Shown one piece after another: positions 59,364 to 64,000 of a stretch of DNA of 64,000 bases. Origin of the DNA: Neodothiora populina (lineage: Eukaryota); contig NW_027191404.1 of assembly GCF_041146345.1 (NCBI RefSeq), forward strand, positions 496,001-560,000. The letters are read 5' to 3'. The notes under the pieces were generated by a model. The model saw only the letters and a list, made by a program, of their open reading frames with translations, had not been told where the DNA came from and ran no database searches. Position numbers and translations under genes: made by a program. Positions within the stretch are counted from its first letter, which is position 1; the number at the start of each line of letters is the position of its first letter.

Positions 59364-62300
59364 TCATGCATCCGTGCCAGCTCCTGCTCCTCCGTTCTCC
59401 GTCTTGGTATCAACTCCAGTGGTACTGCTCGCACTCTCCCTGCTCTTCTCGAACAGAGCTCTGAAGTCCGAGTTTCCCTTCTTGACAGCAGGCGCAGCCT
59501 CGGCAGCATCAGTCATAGCTTTGTCACCTTCTTCCCCAGCCGAAGCAGCAGCAAGAGGACGAGATCCAAGACCGACGCCACCGCCGCCTCTTCTGAATCC
59601 AAGTCCACCTCTTCCTCCACGCATGACACCGGATTTCCGTCCGGGTCTGGCCACGCTGGCCTGAGCTGGTCGCATGGCAGTCACAGGTTTACTGCTGCCA
59701 CCTCCCACGGACTTGCCTTTCTTGGCCGTCGTCAACTCGCTGGCATCGCCGACTCGGACATCCGGTCCTAGCGGCGAACAATCGATTCCCATGCCGACTT
59801 TGCCGGCATCTTGCAGATTCACGAATTCGACCAATGCGCCGTTTCTTTCTCTTCGCATCACGATCTTGTGCAGAGGACCGTATTGCGACAGATGAGACTG
59901 GATGCGAGCATCATTCACTGTGTCCGGCAGATTCACGAGGGCGATTGTACGTTCGTACTTTGTTCTCGCCGTATCAGCATTCAGTTCGGTTGATGTTATC
60001 GTTGTTGCGGCTCCGGTATTCGACGAGTTGGATGCGATCGAAGCGCGACGCGGGTTATTGGTGTTCTGCGTATGCTGAGATGCGTCTTCTGGCTCCACGG
60101 ACGCACTTGCATTGCGCACAATCTTAGAGGTGTTTTGGTTTGCGGCAGAGGACCTGTCTGTTGCGACCGTTACTCGCAGGAGACGTGACATGAATGGCTT
60201 GTTGTTCAAGGCTTCCGCGGCAGCATTCGCTTCTGCCGCCTTGGAGAAGATGACGAAACAGCTTCCGAGGAAGCGGCCGTTCTTCATGATTCTCCTCACG
60301 CTTTCAACATTGCCATGCGACGAGAAGGCTTCCTTGATATCTTGCTCTGACGCATTCCAGTCGACGTTGCCAACGTGCACTTCTCTGCCTTCAGAGGTGG
60401 CGCCGATGCGACCCTTCTTTGCATCCGGATCAGAGATCAATGCCACAAGCTGATGTTGACCATCGATTGCCTTGCCGTTCATCGACGTTGCTGCACGTGC
60501 TTCCTCGGACGTCAGGAATTGAATATAGCAGAAGCGGCGGCGTTGGTTGTATTTCAGCGACGGCAAGCGCACGCTTATGATTGTGCCAAACTGCAGACCG
60601 TTAGTTCTTCAATCTACAGTAGAGCAGTAACTATGAGCACTTACATCTTGGAACATCTCGCGCAGCTTGACCTCATCAAAATCGGCAGGATAATTGGTGA
60701 CATAGATCGTAGACATGGATCCAGCCTGGATTCGTATCGTGCTGCCGTGGAAATCTTTGCCGTCTCGGGTCTTGGCTGCAAGGACAGCCTCATGATCGCT
60801 GAACTCGACAGCAGCAAAAGCACCTGTCATGTTATCAAAGGTCGTGATGTTGATCGACAAAATCTCGCCGCAGTCACCGAAAAATTGACGGATGCGTTTC
60901 TCCTCGACATCCTCAGGTAGGTCTTTGACAGTGATGGTGTTGTGCTCACGATCTCGCTTGATCTGCGCCGAAGCCGAGGATGACGCCTCGAACTGAGGCT
61001 TCGCATCATCAGTCTTGTTACGCTTTATAGCATCGTCGCCATTGGTGTCGGCTTCATCGTCCCGCTTTCTCTTGCTAGAAATAGGTGCGTCTTCGGGGAT
61101 AGATTCTAATGTAGCGGACGTGGCTTGCGCTGAAGTTGTGGCGGCAGCTTCCGCGGCAGCTTCAGCCTCCTTTGCTCGTCGAATTTGAGTGTAGTACCGG
61201 GCAGTACGCGCCTCGATCTCGGCGACTTGTGCGGCTTCGGCAGTTTCGTGCTGCTGGAAGTGATTTGTGTACAACTCGATGATCTTCTCGGGCCAGTCCA
61301 TATTTCTTTGCGCCAAAGCCCTTCGAAGAACAGAAGTACTGAGACGAGGTGCATTCTCGGGAGTTTCAAGACGTACACCGTCATTCATGCGCTCATGCGA
61401 CCAGATGAGCAATTCCCAGTAGTAGTATGCGAGCCAGAACTGGGCATTTTGAGACTGAGTCTTGGTCAGGCGCTCCCATACGGCACGAGCGTCACTGGCA
61501 CGGCGAGCCTCGGTAAGGAATTTGATGTGGATTCTCTCAAGACGGAACAGAGGGTCGCCCTTGTAATCGTCGCCATAGATGTTTTTACCAGCAACCCCAG
61601 CATCCTCCAGAGTGCCAGTGATGCCCATGTCAGCCATGTCAACTTCATCGTCGGTGTTCTCAGGATCGAATGCGCGACGGCGAAGATAGCTGCACCAGGC
61701 CGAGTAAACCTTGAGCACTTCCTCCATACCACCAATGTTGAGCAGACCGCTGTTGGTGGCCTTGTGCTTGACGTTGCCCACCTCCTCATACGGTCGTCTT
61801 TCGACTTCTGATCTGAGGATTCGTCTGGCCCAGAGATCACCAGACCATGGGCAATGGCGCGTGGCACGTTCCAGTGCGGGGAGGATGAGAGGGCTTGCGG
61901 TCTGTGCGGTGACGAGGAAATCGGCATAGTCTAACCACCAGTCGATAACAGTGGGGAAACGTAGCAGCGCTCTTTCGAAGAGAGAAGAGCGGACCTCAAA
62001 ATTGAAGCTGGCAACACGTCCCTTGCGCTCATTCTTGATCTCCCAGTTGAGATACTCGTTGAAAGCAGCATAGAGCGCAGTCTTGTCTCCAGACTCAGTC
62101 GCCCTGCGGACGTGGAACTCGTGTTCCTCGCGAAGCGCGAATTGCTGTTTAGCGTGTCCTGCCATTTCGTTAGTGGTGGCCATGATTTCCTCCCAAGTAT
62201 TAGCATTGTATCTGGACACAATCGGCCAGAACTTCTGTGATGTCTCTGACCACGTTGCGTGGGGGACCTGCAGACGAGCCATGAACATGGCATTGACCTG

Positions 62301-63685
62301 ATCGACCTGCGCTGATGTCGGCTGTTCAGGAAACTCGGCTAGGATCCAGTCGATATAGCGGTCCCAGATGCGATTGCTCTCGTCGATACGCCATTCGGTA
62401 GCGTGCACGGCACGTTCCCAGACGTCGAGGACGATCTCGCGTGTGAAGACTTCGGCGCATATCACCTTGTCCTCTTCCGTCCACAGATTCGGGTCGCCCT
62501 CGGCCTGTCCATTTGCGACGCTGAAGGTCTGCATGACGTACTCGCCATAGAGCAGCCAGAGCGTGACACTGCTAGGCTCTTCCGAGACGGCCTTCTGACA
62601 CAGTTCCATGACAGACATGCGCTCCTCCCCCGTGCGTGCCAGCAAGCTCTCATCATTGATCCAGTCTTTCCAGATGTCCTCGCCCACGGCGAATCTTGAA
62701 TCCATCGCTTCACGTGCTTGCCGTAGATCAGATAACAAGCCATATGTTCTCGGATCGTTCACTTGTTCGCCGGCTGCGTCGTAGATGTGAGCCACGAGGC
62801 CCTGGTGGAGCAGGTTGATGAGCTGCACATGAGAGTCATATGCATAAGAGTTCTTCGCCAAGTAATTTTCAAGCTCATGTACCAGTCTCTGGTCAGCGTC
62901 AGACATGGATGGCACAGCCACGACGCGCGGAGGCGGCGTTTGCGAAGGGGCTTCGGCCATGACCAGGTCGGAAGAGGAAACATTGGACAGAGTCCTGTGC
63001 ACACTCATGCGAACAGAGGGGGACGACATGGACGGGGAGCGATGCGCATCAGCAACGTAAGAACTATGTCGAGAGACGGAAGGGTGTTGCAAGGTAGCAA
63101 CCTCTGTTGGTCATCCAGTCAGCCATTCACATCCACGTGCATATAAGAAAGGGAAAACCTGCCTGCTAGGGTTTCCATTTGGGGACTCGAGGCAGCACGG
63201 CCGCCAGCATATTGGAGGGAAGGTCTGTGTAACTGCGGCGTGCCGAAGGGACTCCTCACCTCAGAGCCAGGCGTGGCGACGAAACCCTGCGGCGTCCTCA
63301 CTTCATGACTACCGTAGGCCGGGTTCCAGACGACCTGCTGAGCTTTGGCGATACTGTCGTACCCCAGACTTGGAGCAGAGCGGGGCGCATCATGTGGGGG
63401 AGAGTGCAAGGTAATTTCATTACTGAGGGTAGACGAGGTTCGTTTACCACTTCCCGGACGCGGTCTCCTTAGCGGGGACAGGGGCGCGTTGGATGATTGA
63501 TGAGCAGTAGCGGCAGCGGCAGCGGCAGCAGAAGGAGGAGGTTGGACAGGTGCAGGAGCGGGAGCGGCACTCGGATGATGATGGTGAGGATGAGGAGTCT
63601 GGTTCCGATTCTGATTCGTATGGGCTGGCTGCGAGGTGGGCCTGGTAGGCGACTCCTGCGGGGACAAGAGAGAATTAATGTCCAT
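59364..63685 (-). CDS. PRP24: U4/U6 recycling factor Prp24/SART3 (HAT repeats, RRMs, Lsm-interaction motif); introns 63162-63104 (GC-AG) and 60644-60591
   Basis: HAT region (ERATRHCPWSGDLW), RDREHNTITV, RLPSLKYNQRRRFCYIQF, multiple RRMs and C-terminal NSDFRALF. Confidence 0.93.
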
Positions 63686-64000
63686 ATCGGGCGGCTAAAT
63701 GGACACCGTCACGCCAGCGTTTGAGGTTCCAGGTAAGGGGAGTGTGGTAAACCCACACCACCGGGAGGCGGCGACACGGCGGGCTAAGCTCCCACAGTAG
63801 GACGCGATAGAGACAACCACCGCAGCGGGCGGCAAGTAGACTAGCCTCGAAGGGCCCTGCTCGGAGGGTTGGTTGCTTCGTTCGCTCGTGTGCAGCAGGC
63901 CTGGACCTGGAGGGACCTGGATGCGGTGATAGTCTTGGAGAAGGGAAATGGTTAGCAGGCCTGGCCTCTGGTGACGAGGGAGGGTTTCTGCTTTGCAAAC

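Noticed and set aside
1..64000. Transposons, Starship captain, endogenous viral genes, CRISPR arrays, rRNA
   Set aside because: No transposase, reverse transcriptase, tyrosine recombinase or RdRp motifs, terminal repeats, spacer arrays or rRNA sequence recognised by eye.

Overview
Eukaryotic genomic DNA from a filamentous ascomycete; short GT-AG introns with CTRAY branch sites and the protein style suggest a Dothideomycete (inference). The backbone is mostly housekeeping or conserved genes: a GT2 glycosyltransferase, MAD2 (9 exons), GUF1, a DUF1365 protein, NOT3/NOT5, cyclophilin-40 (CPR6), a Ser/Thr kinase, MBF1, a C2H2 transcription factor, an APH-like kinase, an F-box-like Cys-rich protein, a secreted Rds1/ferritin-like protein, an MFS permease, a small secreted protein, GET3, UTP15, a frameshifted DUF3253 gene and PRP24. 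There are two tRNA genes: Gly-TCC and an intron-containing Asn-GTT. Accessory stretches (about 1-6 kb and 35-41 kb) hold an orphan gene and decayed coding remnants. The strongest unexplained signal is a set of intergenic segments with no credible ORF that fold by hand into 400-800 nt nested rod-like RNA structures with strand-specific G-U pairing: 6.4-7.1 kb (+), 19.6-20.0 kb (+), 32.0-32.65 kb (+), 49.5-49.9 kb (+) and 50.1-50.9 kb (-). Several carry UCUGCUU-type motifs in their pyrimidine-rich interiors and are candidate structured lncRNAs. Other notable points are a GC-AG intron in PRP24, two -1 frameshifts at 5-nt homopolymers in DUF3253, a duplicated membrane module in the DUF1365 protein, several stopless in-frame introns and a U3-U70 mismatch in tRNA-Gly. 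All folding and splicing was done by eye; no database or folding software was run.
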